A stretch of DNA of 64,000 bases from Camelus dromedarius (Eukaryota). Positions within the stretch are counted from its first letter, which is position 1. Every line of letters starts with the position of its first letter. This document shows positions 63,902-64,000 of the stretch, one piece after another. The notes under the pieces were generated by a model. That model was not told the origin of the DNA and made no database searches. It saw only the letters and a program-made list of their open reading frames with translations. The position numbers and the translations under genes were made by a program. The DNA lies in the NCBI RefSeq assembly GCF_036321535.1, contig NC_087437.1, positions 108,378,001 to 108,442,000 on the forward strand, written 5' to 3'.

Positions 63902-64000
63902 AGAGAAGTTATTTTAAAAATTACATTTTTGCAAGTGAGAATGTGTAGCTGTCTAATGACAACCCCTACACACCATTTTCACTATGGACAAAAGCCTCTG

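Noticed and set aside
1..64000. The many non-L1 ORFs of 60-140 aa in the ORF track
   Set aside because: Short, low-complexity or inside repeats, many with non-ATG starts; no recognisable domain and no consistent exon chain. Expected by chance.

Overview
AT-rich, CpG-depleted eutherian (placental mammal) genomic DNA. I recognise no protein-coding gene, rRNA, tRNA or CRISPR array; it looks like a gene desert or a very large intron. The main feature is a dead, near-full-length LINE-1 (~45.15-52.17 kb, + strand). There are about ten other L1 fragments, ancient LTRs (MLT1/MLT2 MaLR-ERVL, LTR33, LTR16 plus internal ERVL, MER110/MER90-like), hAT-Charlie MITEs (MER58, MER20, MER5), MIR and L2 relics, and microsatellites. 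The L1 3' UTR type and the absence of primate, rodent, ruminant, pig, whale, horse or carnivore SINEs suggest a camelid-like cetartiodactyl (inference). The only ORF-track entries I recognise are L1 fragments. I found no evidence of a novel multi-gene system. The most unusual items are small rearrangement scars: (1) a 147-bp insert in an L1, bounded by perfect 20-bp inverted repeats and partly copied from ~1 kb upstream; (2) a 190-bp mRNA-3'UTR-like insert in another L1; (3) a near-perfect 46-bp palindrome. Repeat family names are from recalled consensus sequences, not from alignments, and old-repeat boundaries are approximate.
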